DNA from: Phycisphaera mikurensis NBRC 102666
Lineage (GTDB): Bacteria; Planctomycetota; Phycisphaerae; Phycisphaerales; Phycisphaeraceae
Assembly: GCF_000284115.1 (NCBI RefSeq)
Contig: NC_017080.1
Span: 1,140,001-1,172,000, forward strand
Direction: 5' to 3'
DNA length: 32,000 bases
This document shows, one piece after another, positions 18,090 through 27,060 of the stretch. The position numbers were made by a program, and so were the translations under genes. The notes below the pieces were generated by a model. That model made no database searches. It was not told the DNA's origin and was given only the letters and a program-made list of their open reading frames with translations. Within the stretch, counting starts at the first letter, position 1, and each line of letters begins with the position of its first letter.

Positions 18090-19508
18090 TCAGCTCGGCG
18101 CGGCGTCCGCGGACCGCCGGCCGTTGCCGCCGGAAACGCCTGCGGTCCGCGGGCCCGGCTCGCCGAGCCGGCGACGCAGCAGGTCGATGTGCATCCGGAG
18201 GTTGTAGAACTCCTCCATGTACGAAAGCGGCACCTCGGTGTCGGCGGCTTCGTCGTCGAGGGCCGCGAGCCGCTCGCGGAGGCCCTCGGGGGCATGCCCC
18301 GCTTCCGCGTCGGCTTCGATCGCACGCAGCCGCGTGTACCACCGGTAGATCCGCCGCCGGAGCCGCCACCGCAGCACCGGCGGCGCTGCGCGGGCGAGCG
18401 GGATCAAGAGCGTGAGCAGCGGGAGCAGCAGGATCGCCAGCCGGTCCAGCGCACTCGCGAGGCCGAAGGGCAGGTGCCGGTAGAGCGCGCTGGGCCCGCG
18501 TTCGAAGAAGTGCCGGGCCTCGTCGGCGATCGGCAGCGGCGCGTGCAGCAGCGTGGGGAAGGTGCCGGCGTCGGCGAGCAGATCGGGCGTCGCGTCCTCG
18601 CGGGCGGCCTGGACGAGCAGCTGCACGATCGCGCGGTGCGTGTCGTCGCGGACCGCGAAGAAGGTCGCGGCGGCGACGGTCTCGACGTCGGCGGCGGGCA
18701 GGTCACGCGACGGATCGACGACGCCGCGGAGCAGCGTGACGGCGGCGAGCGCCGCGTCGCGGCGGGCGAGGGCTCCCGCCTGGGGGAGGCTGGCCACGAC
18801 GAGGCCCGGATCGGCGAGCACGGCCGCGACCCGGGGGGCTTCGGGGGCGAGCACGAGGAAGGCGGCGTCTGCGTCGTCGGAGCGCAGGAGGCCGAGCGCC
18901 GCGTCGCCGCCAACCCGGAGGCGGGGCGTGGCCTCGGCGCCCTCCCGGAGCAGGCCGGCGAGGATCCGCCGGGCCAGCGGCTCGGTCCCGCTGCCGGCTC
19001 CGCCCACCGCCACGCGGGCGTCCTCGGCCAGGCCGGCGGCGGCCGGGAGCGGCACCGGCACCACCGGTGCGTCGCCTTGGCGGCGCAGCACCAGCAGCAC
19101 GGGCTCGAAGCCGACGGTGACGACGGCTTGCAGCGTCTCCGCTCCTCCGGCTTCGGCGAAGCCGCCGCCCTGCAGCAACGCGGCGTCGACCTCGCCACGC
19201 CGGAGCAGATCCGCGTTCCGGGCGGAGCCCGAGGTCGCCCGGAGCTCCACCTCGATCCCCCGGCGCGCGAGCGAGGCCGCCGCCCGCTCCGCGATCTGCC
19301 GGTACGCCCCGCCGTCGGGCCCCGTCGCGATCCGCACCACCGCCGGCGGCGCCGGCTCGACGAACGACCACGCGACCGCGAAGCCGATGGCCGCGAGCAG
19401 CACCACCGGCCCCCAGACCTTCACCGCCTCACGCGTCGCGCTGCGGCTTGGCTTCCGCGGCGGGAGGGCATCGGCACCGGGCGGCGTGGCGTGCGGGCGT
19501 GTCATCAT
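18090..19508 (-). CDS. TAXI-family (TRAP-associated) solute-binding-like membrane protein
   Basis: N-terminal TM VVLLAAIGFAVAWSFV, VRIATGPDGGAYRQIAE, VELRATSGSARNADLLRRGEVDAALLQ, C-terminal TM LDRLAILLLPLLTLLIPLARA. Start set at MMTRPH. Confidence 0.75.
   Translation of the reverse strand: MMTRPHATPPGADALPPRKPSRSATREAVKVWGPVVLLAAIGFAVAWSFVEPAPPAVVRIATGPDGGAYRQIAERAAASLARRGIEVELRATSGSARNADLLRRGEVDAALLQGGGFAEAGGAETLQAVVTVGFEPVLLVLRRQGDAPVVPVPLPAAAGLAEDARVAVGGAGSGTEPLARRILAGLLREGAEATPRLRVGGDAALGLLRSDDADAAFLVLAPEAPRVAAVLADPGLVVASLPQAGALARRDAALAAVTLLRGVVDPSRDLPAADVETVAAATFFAVRDDTHRAIVQLLVQAAREDATPDLLADAGTFPTLLHAPLPIADEARHFFERGPSALYRHLPFGLASALDRLAILLLPLLTLLIPLARAAPPVLRWRLRRRIYRWYTRLRAIEADAEAGHAPEGLRERLAALDDEAADTEVPLSYMEEFYNLRMHIDLLRRRLGEPGPRTAGVSGGNGRRSADAAPS
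18107..18152 (-). repeat. 46-bp dispersed inverted-repeat element, copy B (3' end of CDS)
   Basis: CCGCGGACCG-ccggccgttgccgccggaaacgcctg-CGGTCCGCGG, perfect arms. Encodes GPRTAGVSGGNGRRSADA near the C-terminus. Confidence 0.85.
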
Positions 19509-19589
19509 CGAGAGCCTGTGGTCATCGGCCCGTGCCCGATCGGGCCGCGATCGCCGGCACCCCACGCCGCGGATCGCCCTCCGCAGGAG

Positions 19590-19662
19590 AGCCACCGGTC
19601 GGATCCGAACCGACGACCGTCGCTTTACAAAAGCGGTGCTCTACCAACTGAGCTACGGTGGC
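19590..19662 (-). tRNA. tRNA-Thr (anticodon TGT)
   Basis: 73-nt cloverleaf: acceptor GCCACCG/CGGTGGC, D arm GCTC/GAGC, anticodon loop TTTGTAA, T arm GTCGG-TTCGGAT-CCGAC. CCA not encoded. Confidence 0.93.
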
Positions 19663-19895
19663 GTGAGGGGAGAATACGGGCAATCCGCCGCACGGCGGCT
19701 GCGCCATCCGGGACGGCCGCAGGCCGCGTCCGCGGAAGCAGCACCCAAGATCTCCCCCTCCAGCGCCCGTCTGTCTCGCCCACCCGGATTTCCGTGCAAA
19801 AGTGCCGGTGATGGGCCCACGCCGACGCGCTGAGTCGGCACCGCCCGCTCGGAGCCCCCCACGAGCAAAAAGACCAAGCGAAGCGGAACCCGGAT

Positions 19896-19968
19896 AGCCA
19901 CCGACTGGGTTCGAACCAGCGACCTGTTCGTTACGAATGAACTGCTCTACCAACTGAGCTACGGTGGC
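19896..19968 (-). tRNA. tRNA-Thr (anticodon CGT)
   Basis: 73-nt cloverleaf: acceptor GCCACCG/CGGTGGC, anticodon loop TTCGTAA, T arm GCTGG-TTCGAAC-CCAGT. CCA not encoded. Confidence 0.92.
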
Positions 19969-20090
19969 ACGGCGCCGGGAGCGGGCCGGCGGAACGAGAG
20001 TGTAAGCGGCGGACCCGGTCCTGTCTCGCGGGGCCGGCCGCGATGCCCCCGCGTCTCCCGCGTCTCCGGCACCCGGGCCATAATCGCGGC

Positions 20091-23000
20091 ATGCAGCGCC
20101 ACGCCCGAACCGGCAGGACGATCCCCGTTCTGTTCCTCGCTTCCGCCTTCCTCGCCTCCGGTTGCTCCGTGCCCGCCCCGGCGGACGGGCCCGCGCCCGA
20201 AGCCCCGGCCGATGGTGGCCGCGCCACGCCCATGAGCTCGGCGCCCTCCACCCCCGCCCCGACCCCCGCGCCCGCTCCGGGCGTTCCCGAGATGAAGCAG
20301 ACGACCTCCACCCGCGACCCCGCCCTCACCCCCGCCGACCGCGACGCGCCGGAGCTGCCCGCCGCCGCGGAGACGGCCGACCGCGTGGTCCGCGTGCTGC
20401 CCAACCGCATGGTCGTCGTGGTGCAGAAGGTCTCGACGGCGCCCGTGGTCTCCGCGCAGGTCTGGGTCAAGACCGGCTCGCTCTACGAGCAGGAGCATGT
20501 GGGCGCCGGGCTGTCGCACTTCCTCGAGCACCTGCTCTCGGGTGGGACGACGAGCACGCGGCCCGAGGCCGACAGCAACGCCGAGCTCGGCCGCATGGGG
20601 GCCCAGACCAACGCCGCCACCTCGCTGGACACGGTGCGCTACTACATCAACACCACGGCGGACGAAGCCCCCGCGGCCATCGACCTGCTCAGCGACTGGA
20701 TGCAGAGCAACCTGGTGCTCGAGAGCGAGTACACCCGCGAGCGCGAGGTGATCCAGCGGGAGTTCTCGATGGGCGACGGCGACCCCAACCGCATCCTCTG
20801 GAAGCTCACCCAGCAGGCCCGCTTCGCCGCGACGCCCGACCACCCCGGCATCCACCCGACGATCGGCTACCTCGACGAGTTCCTGTCGATCAGCCGCGAC
20901 GAGCTCGAGGCGTTCTACAAGCGGATGTACGTGCCCAACAACATGGTCTTCGTCGTCGCCGGCGACGTCGACCCCGCGGCGACGGCGGACCGGATCGCCT
21001 CGCTCTGGGGCGACGTGCCCGCCGCCGGCCTCCCGACGCTCGCCTTCCCGGTGGAGCCCGACGAAGCCGAGCCGACCGACGTCACCGGGTACGCCGCCGT
21101 CGCCCGGCCGAAGGTGCGGATGTTCTGGCGGGGCGTCCGGCTCGCCAGCGAGCACGACTACGCCCTCGACCTCGCGGCGTCGGTGCTGGGCTCGGGTGAC
21201 GCCAGCCGGCTGGTGAAGAAGCTGCGCGACGAGCGGCAGCTGGTGACCTCGATCGACGCGTACAACTATTCCACCGCCTGGGGCCGGGGCTTCTTCGGCG
21301 TCGACTTCGAGCCCGCGGAGGGTGCCGACCTCGGCGAGGTGAAGGAGGCGGTGCTCGCGGAGGTCGACGCGTTGCGGGCGGGCACGATCCCGGTCACCGA
21401 CGCCGAGCTGGCCCGAGCGAAGCGGAAGGTGCTCGTGAGCGTGGCGGCGGCGGGCCAGTCGGCCGACGCGCTGGCCGGCCGCATCGCCTCCGACGTCATC
21501 AGCCTCGGCGATCCCGACCACCTGCGTCGTTACGGCGAGGCGATCCAATCGGTGCGCCCCGCCGCGCTGGCGGCCGCCGCTGGCGCGGTGCTTCCGCCGG
21601 CCGGCGTCTCGACCGTGACGCTGCTTCCCGCCGACGAGGAGAACCCCGTCAGCACCTTCGGCCGCCTCGCCGCGTCGTCCGGGCACGCGGAGCCGAGGGA
21701 GGAAGCCTTCGACCTCGACAACGCCCGCGTGGTGTCCGAGCTCGCGGGAACGCTGGCCGCCGATGCCGGCGAGCGCGAGCCGGTCACGCTCGGGGAGCAG
21801 CAGACACGCACGCTCTCCAACGGCCTGACCGTCATCGCCCGCCGCAACACGCTGGTGCCGGTGGTGTCGATGCAGCTGTTCACCCTCGGCGGGCTGCTCG
21901 CCGACGAGCCCGGCCGCGAGGGCGTGGGCAACGCCGCTTGGTCCATGCTCGACCGCGGGGCGGCGGGCCGGTCGGCCGAGCAGATCGCCGAGTTCCTCGA
22001 GGACCGCGGCGCCTCGCTCGCCACCGCCTCGGGCAACAACACCGACTACGTCACCGCCCGCGCGCTGGCCGAGGACTGGAAGCCGGTGATGGAGACGATG
22101 GCCGACGTCGCGCTGCGGCCGGACTTCCCCGCCGACCAGTGGGACAAGGTCAGGCCCCGCCTGCTCGCCGCGATCGACCGGCAGACCGACAGCTGGCACG
22201 GCGAGCTGCGGGACCGCTTCCGCCACGCCTACTACGGCGACCACCCGTGGAGCGAGACGCCGCGGGGCGTGGCCGAGGTCGTCGAGGGCCTGACCGTGGA
22301 GGCGCTCGCCGCCGAGCACGCCGCCCGCCTGGACCCGGCCCGCAGCGTGCTCTCGGTGGTCGGCGACGCGGAGCCCGATGCGGTGTTCGCCGAGGCCGAG
22401 CGTCTCTTCGGCGGGTTCGCCTCGACCTCCGGCACCGCGTTCGACCCGCCCGATCCCGGCCCGGCACCCTCCGGGCTGGAGGTCTTCGAGACCGACAAGC
22501 CGGTGACGGCGGTGCAGATCGGTTACGGCCCGGGCATCACGCGCGACGATCCCGACTACGCCGCGATGCAGGTGCTCACCCGCCTGCTGTCCAGCTTCCC
22601 GTCGGGCCGGCTGGAGCAGGCGCTCCGCGGCGAGGGCCCGGGCCTCGTCTACGCCAGTCAGGCCGGCAACGTCGTCGGCGTCGTGCCCGGCTTCTTCGCC
22701 GTGCTCTTCAACACCTCCGCCGACACCGCGGTGGAGGCGACGAGCCGGGCCGCCGCCGTCGTCGAGAACGCCCGCGCCTCGCTCGCCAGCGACGACGAGC
22801 TCGCCCGGGCGAAGGCCCGCGTGCTCGCCGACGAGGCGTTCGGGCAGCAGAGCAACGCGCAGCTCGCGGCGGGCGCCGCGCTCGACAAGCTGTACCGGGT
22901 GTCGGACCCGGACGGCTCGAAGCTCCGCGCCGCGGTGGAGGCGCTGACGCCCGAGGACCTGCGCGACGTGGCACAGCGTCGACTCGGCAGCGCCTTCGCC

Positions 23001-23135
23001 GCGGTGCTCACGCAAGATCCGGTGGACGGAGCCGCGCTGCGGGCGGCGCTGGGCGTCGCCGCGGCTGCGACCGGCTCGGCCGTCCCGCCGCAGCCGATGG
23101 GCGCGCCGGAGCCGGCGCCGGTCTTCGAGAAGTGA
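20091..23135 (+). CDS. M16 family zinc metallopeptidase, two-domain lipoprotein
   Basis: Lipobox LASGC. HxxEH motif HFLEH followed by EREVIQREF. A second M16-like half (LSNGLTVIARRN..., inactive-type). Start set at MQRHARTG. Confidence 0.9.
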   Translation: MQRHARTGRTIPVLFLASAFLASGCSVPAPADGPAPEAPADGGRATPMSSAPSTPAPTPAPAPGVPEMKQTTSTRDPALTPADRDAPELPAAAETADRVVRVLPNRMVVVVQKVSTAPVVSAQVWVKTGSLYEQEHVGAGLSHFLEHLLSGGTTSTRPEADSNAELGRMGAQTNAATSLDTVRYYINTTADEAPAAIDLLSDWMQSNLVLESEYTREREVIQREFSMGDGDPNRILWKLTQQARFAATPDHPGIHPTIGYLDEFLSISRDELEAFYKRMYVPNNMVFVVAGDVDPAATADRIASLWGDVPAAGLPTLAFPVEPDEAEPTDVTGYAAVARPKVRMFWRGVRLASEHDYALDLAASVLGSGDASRLVKKLRDERQLVTSIDAYNYSTAWGRGFFGVDFEPAEGADLGEVKEAVLAEVDALRAGTIPVTDAELARAKRKVLVSVAAAGQSADALAGRIASDVISLGDPDHLRRYGEAIQSVRPAALAAAAGAVLPPAGVSTVTLLPADEENPVSTFGRLAASSGHAEPREEAFDLDNARVVSELAGTLAADAGEREPVTLGEQQTRTLSNGLTVIARRNTLVPVVSMQLFTLGGLLADEPGREGVGNAAWSMLDRGAAGRSAEQIAEFLEDRGASLATASGNNTDYVTARALAEDWKPVMETMADVALRPDFPADQWDKVRPRLLAAIDRQTDSWHGELRDRFRHAYYGDHPWSETPRGVAEVVEGLTVEALAAEHAARLDPARSVLSVVGDAEPDAVFAEAERLFGGFASTSGTAFDPPDPGPAPSGLEVFETDKPVTAVQIGYGPGITRDDPDYAAMQVLTRLLSSFPSGRLEQALRGEGPGLVYASQAGNVVGVVPGFFAVLFNTSADTAVEATSRAAAVVENARASLASDDELARAKARVLADEAFGQQSNAQLAAGAALDKLYRVSDPDGSKLRAAVEALTPEDLRDVAQRRLGSAFAAVLTQDPVDGAALRAALGVAAAATGSAVPPQPMGAPEPAPVFEK

Positions 23136-23373
23136 TCCCACGCTCCGGTTTGCCACGGCTGCCGGAACGGCTCCGGGACCGCGGGACCGCGGCACGGAGG
23201 CGGGCCGGGTGCGTCGGGCGGATCGAGCACGGCGCGGCAGGGACGTGGCGCCACGCACGCCGCGGCCGCCGACGCCGTGATCGAGATCGGGGTGGTGATC
23301 GTGTCCGACGACCGAGGGCCTTGGGTTTCCGTCCGCATCATCCGCACGGTCGACCGCACGCCGACCCCGGATC

Positions 23374-23419
23374 CCGCGGACCGCCGGGCGGACGCGTCGG
23401 GAGGGCCGACGGTCCGCGG
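23374..23419 (-). repeat. 46-bp dispersed inverted-repeat element, copy C
   Basis: CCGCGGACCG-ccgggcggacgcgtcgggagggccga-CGGTCCGCGG, perfect arms, 2 bp beyond the permease stop codon. Confidence 0.85.
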
Positions 23420-23421
23420 GT

Positions 23422-24207
23422 TCAGCTCGAAGCCGATGTGTACGACCGCAGCGCGAAGCCCCAGAACCACCGGCTGAACGCGAGCAGGCCGCAGGCCACC
23501 AGCGCCGAGCCGAGCAGCCAGCCCCACGAAGGCCCGCGGGCGAGGGTGGCGGCGGGCACGGTCGTCATGAAGGCAGCGGGCACGACGAAGGTGAACACGA
23601 AGCGGTAGCCGGGCGTGTACGCCGACACCGGGAAGCGGCCGCTCTCGAGCAGGGCTTGCATCGCGATGGTGATGTTGTCGGTCTTGGTGAACCAGATGGT
23701 GCAGGTCGCCAGCACGAAGCCCAGCGCGTAGAGGATCGCCACCGCCAGCGCGACCGGCACGGCGGCGAGGGCGAAGTCGCTGATCGTCGCGGCGGGCTCG
23801 AGCCGCCGCCCCGCATACACGACCAGGCCCAGCCCCAGCGCGAGGTTGGGGAAGCCCCAAATCGAGAGCTTCCGCAACGAGAGGTGCACCTGCGCATCGA
23901 TCGGCTTGAGCAGCGCGTAGTCCAGCGTGCCCTCGCGGACCAGCTGCGTGAAGGCCGCGCGGTTGGGCCCGAGCACCGCCTGCTGCACGCCGTCGAGCAG
24001 CGTGTACACCGCGACCACGAGCATCGCTTCGGGCCAGCTCCAGCCGCCGAGCTCGTGCCCGTTCTGGTAGAGCACGCCCAGCGTGAACAGCGAACCGGCG
24101 ACGCCGAGCAGCGAGGCGACCGCCGACAAGACGAAGTTCGCGCGGTACTCCGCCTCGCTGGCGAGGGCGGAGGACCAGTAGCGGGCAAGGGTGGAGAGGG
24201 TCGACAC
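23422..24207 (-). CDS. ABC-2-type permease (COG3694-like)
   Basis: Six-TM-type protein in an operon with a second permease and ATPase: GVLYQNGHELGGWSWPEAMLVVAVYTLLDGVQQAV, REGTLDYALLKPID. GTG start. Confidence 0.82.
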   Translation of the reverse strand: MSTLSTLARYWSSALASEAEYRANFVLSAVASLLGVAGSLFTLGVLYQNGHELGGWSWPEAMLVVAVYTLLDGVQQAVLGPNRAAFTQLVREGTLDYALLKPIDAQVHLSLRKLSIWGFPNLALGLGLVVYAGRRLEPAATISDFALAAVPVALAVAILYALGFVLATCTIWFTKTDNITIAMQALLESGRFPVSAYTPGYRFVFTFVVPAAFMTTVPAATLARGPSWGWLLGSALVACGLLAFSRWFWGFALRSYTSASS

Positions 24208-24218
24208 GGGAACGAGAG

Positions 24219-24282
24219 CGAAGGAGCGGGGAAGCGAAGAAGCGAAGAAGCGAAGAGGCGAAAAAGCGAAGAAGCGAAGAAG
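24219..24282. repeat. Octamer tandem repeat (CGAAGAAG)n
   Basis: Eight contiguous 8-bp units: cgaaggag, cggggaag, cgaagaag x2, cgaagagg, cgaaaaag, cgaagaag x2. Confidence 0.85.
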
Positions 24283-24317
24283 TCAGAGAGAACGGATGCG
24301 GGGCGTCCGCGTCGGTG

Positions 24318-25133
24318 TCAGGCGCCCATGGCGGAGTAGCGGCGGAGGCCGGCCCGCCACAGCACGCGGTTGAGCACGAGAAGCCCCGCGAGCCACGCCC
24401 CGATCGTTGCGAAGCCATGGATCAGCGGCGGCTGCCCGCCCGCGAGGATCGTCGCGGGGAACCAGGCCAGCCAGGGGAAGGGCGTCCACTTGAGCGCGGC
24501 GGCGACGCCGGCGGGCAGCGCCTCCAGCGGGAAGAGCAGGCCCGAGAGGAACAGGTACGGCAGGTAGGCCAGCGGCTCGAAGGCCAAGACCCGCTCGAAC
24601 CAGAACGCGAGCATCGCCAGCGTGTACTGCAGGAGGAAGCGGAAGGCGAAGGCGGCGTAGAGGGCGACGAGGAACGCGAGCCCCTCGGCGACCGAGGGCA
24701 GCAGCCACGCCCCCGGATCGTCCGGGTCCTGCAGCGCGGCGGGGTAGAGCCACAATCCCAGCGCGAACACGGCGGCGAAGAACGGCAGCCGGGCGAGCTG
24801 CTCGCCGAGGTGCGTCGCGAGGAAGACGAAAGCCGGATCCAACGGGTGCAGCAGCTTGGGCGACAGCTTGCCGGAGAGCACGTGGTGCTCGAATTCGTAC
24901 AGCACCCAGGCCACCGTCACCTGCCGCACCACGAACACGGCGAGGAAGTAGCGGGCGGCCGAGGCCGCGGTCACATCGGGGAACGACCCGCTGGCGCCCG
25001 CCTCGATCCAGATGCCCATCATGATCAGCGGCAGCGCCGAGGCGACCATCCACAGGAAGATCTCCACGCGGTAGGTCAGCATGTAGGCGTACCACGTGGT
25101 GAGCAATGCCCAGGCGGTGCGGAGCGACGGCAC
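24318..25133 (-). CDS. ABC-2-type permease (COG4587-like)
   Basis: Hydrophobic protein, YRVEIFLWMVASALPLIMMGIWIE and GKLSPKLLHPLDP. GTG start at 25133 is 1 nt after the ATPase stop. The listed start at 25334 overlaps the ATPase. Confidence 0.82.
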   Translation of the reverse strand: MPSLRTAWALLTTWYAYMLTYRVEIFLWMVASALPLIMMGIWIEAGASGSFPDVTAASAARYFLAVFVVRQVTVAWVLYEFEHHVLSGKLSPKLLHPLDPAFVFLATHLGEQLARLPFFAAVFALGLWLYPAALQDPDDPGAWLLPSVAEGLAFLVALYAAFAFRFLLQYTLAMLAFWFERVLAFEPLAYLPYLFLSGLLFPLEALPAGVAAALKWTPFPWLAWFPATILAGGQPPLIHGFATIGAWLAGLLVLNRVLWRAGLRRYSAMGA

Positions 25134-25134
25134 C

Positions 25135-26151
25135 TCAGGCGTCCCCGTCCGCGGCGGCTTGCCCCGAGCCGAACAGCTTCGCGATTGTCGCCTCGATCGG
25201 CGGGTCGCCGACGGTGAGGTCGGCGATGGGCAGCTCGCGGAGCAACCCGGCCACCGCAGCCGTAAGGTCGGTCCGGTCGAGCAGCAGCCGGATCGCCCGG
25301 CCCTCGTGGTGCTCGACGGCGCCGCGATGGTCAAGCGACGCGGCTTCCTCCGCTGTCAGCTCGCGCTCCAGCTCCAGCTTCACCTCACGCCGCGGGGCGA
25401 AGGTCTCGATCACGCCGGCGAGGCTGCCCCGGTACAGCACGCTCCCGTGGTCGATGACGATCACCCGCTCGCACAGCGCGGTCACGTCGCCCATGTAGTG
25501 CGTGGTGAGCAGGGCGGCGGCGTCGTGCTGACGCACGTAGTCGCGGAGGAACCCGCGGACCGCGACCTGCGCGTTGACGTCGAGCCCCAGCGTCGGCTCG
25601 TCGAGGAAGAGCACCTTGGGGTGGTGCAGCAGCGAAGCGACCAGCTCGCACTTCATGCGCTGGCCCAGCGAGAGCTTGCGGACCGGCTGGGTCAGCTCCT
25701 CGCCGAGGCCCAGCATCTCCGCGAGAGCGGCCGTCCGCCGGCCGGCCTCCCGCGCCGGCACGCCGTACATCGCCGCGTTGATGCGCAGCGTGTCCAGCGT
25801 CGGCAGGTCCCAGATGAGCTGTTGCTTGTTGCCCATCACCAGCGTGATCTGCCGAAGCAGCGCCGCCTCCCGCCGGAACGGCCGGCACCCCAGCACCTCC
25901 ACCTCGCCCGCCGAGGGGTGGATCAGCCCGGCGAGCATCTTGATCGCGGTGGTCTTGCCCGCCCCATTGGGCCCGAGGAAGCCGACGACCTCCCCGGGCT
26001 CCACCGCCAGGTCGATCCCGCGGACCGCCTCGACGTCGCGGTGCTTCCGCTTGACGAAGTGTCGCAGCGTGCCCGCGAGGCCGGGCTGCTTGTCGGCGAC
26101 GCGGTACGTCTTGGCGAGCTTCGTGGCGGAGAGCATGGGCAAGTGCGGCAT
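25135..26151 (-). CDS. ABC transporter ATP-binding protein (COG4586-like)
   Basis: Walker A GPNGAGKTT, signature LSLGQRMKCEL, Walker B VLFLDEPTLGLD. Confidence 0.95.
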   Translation of the reverse strand: MPHLPMLSATKLAKTYRVADKQPGLAGTLRHFVKRKHRDVEAVRGIDLAVEPGEVVGFLGPNGAGKTTAIKMLAGLIHPSAGEVEVLGCRPFRREAALLRQITLVMGNKQQLIWDLPTLDTLRINAAMYGVPAREAGRRTAALAEMLGLGEELTQPVRKLSLGQRMKCELVASLLHHPKVLFLDEPTLGLDVNAQVAVRGFLRDYVRQHDAAALLTTHYMGDVTALCERVIVIDHGSVLYRGSLAGVIETFAPRREVKLELERELTAEEAASLDHRGAVEHHEGRAIRLLLDRTDLTAAVAGLLRELPIADLTVGDPPIEATIAKLFGSGQAAADGDA

Positions 26152-26170
26152 TGTTGCAGCGCTCTCCCGG

Positions 26171-26800
26171 CAGGTGGCTCACACACTCCGTGCGTGTGGC
26201 TGCTGAGGAAGGCGGTGCAGCGGAGGTGCGCGAGCGGCGTCGGGGTGGCGTTGAAGCTGTTCGTTTCAGCGGGCGTCTACATCCACGGAGTGGATGAGCC
26301 ACCTGTGAATCAGGTGGCTCACGCACTTCGTGCTTGTGGCTGCTGAGGGGGGCGGTTCAGCGGAGGTGCGCGAGCGGCGTCGGGGTGGCGTTGAAGCTGT
26401 TCGTTTCAGCGGGCGTCTACATCCACGGAGTGGATGAGCCACCTGTGAATCAGGTGGCTCACGCACTTCGTGCTTGTGGCTGCTGAGGGGGGCGGTTCAG
26501 CGGAGGTGCGCGAGCGGCGTTGGGGCGGCGTTGTAGCTGTTCGTTTCAGTGGGCATCTACATCCACGGAGTGGATGAGCCACCTGCGGAGCGGATCAGGT
26601 GGCTCACGCACTTTGTGCGTGTGGCTGCTGAGGGGGGGCGGTTTAGCGGAGGTGCGCGAGCGGCGTCGGGGCGGCGTTGGAGCTGTTCGTTTCAGCGGGC
26701 GTCTACATCCACGGAGTGGATGAGCCACCTGCGGAGCGGATCAGGTGGCTCACGCACTTCGTGCGTGTGGCTGCTGAGGGGGGCGATTCAGCCGAGATGC
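26171..26800. repeat. Tandem array of 140-146 bp hairpin-rich units, about 4.4 copies
   Basis: Unit start CAGGTGGCTCAC at 26171, 26311, 26451, 26596 and 26742 (last copy partial and decaying). Periods 140, 140, 145, 146. Junctions contain CATCCACggaGTGGATG, TGAGCCACCTG-N-CAGGTGGCTCA and CACGCAC-N3-GTGCGTG (H2 perfect only at some junctions). Confidence 0.95.
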
Positions 26801-26998
26801 CCGCCGGCATCCGGCCCGGAACGCTGCGGCCGACGATCGGAGCCAGCGGCCGCTTCCACGCCGGCGGGTCTGCGTCCGCCGCGCACCGAGCCGCGGTGCT
26901 GGACGCGCTGCTCGCCCGCCTTGTCCGCGGCCACATGCGACGACGGCCGCGTGCGGATGGCCGTGCCCGAGAACGCGGGAGATCCCGGTCGCTTCAAG

Positions 26999-27029
26999 GC
27001 ACCCGCGGCCGGATTGGAGCCGCGGGTGC
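26999..27029. repeat. Strong stem-loop
   Basis: GCACCCGCGGC-cggattgga-GCCGCGGGTGC, 11-bp perfect stem, 9-nt loop. Confidence 0.8.
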
Positions 27030-27060
27030 ACGATTGGGTGGCTGACGGCTCAGCACCGTC

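Noticed and set aside
18646-18691. Possible decayed 46-bp element (TCGCGGACCG...)
   Set aside because: The sequence at the expected partner position (tcgacgtcgg) does not resemble the right arm.
19653-19901. 82-aa ORF between the two tRNA-Thr genes
   Set aside because: No recognisable domain, and it overlaps tRNA sequence at both ends.
23374-23419. Interpreting the 46-bp elements as ordinary rho-independent terminators
   Set aside because: No downstream T-tract, a 26-nt loop, identical arm sequences at unrelated genes, and three copies lying in coding sequence.
26171-26800. CRISPR array
   Set aside because: The repeats are 140-146 bp with near-identical sequence throughout. There are no unique spacers and no cas genes.
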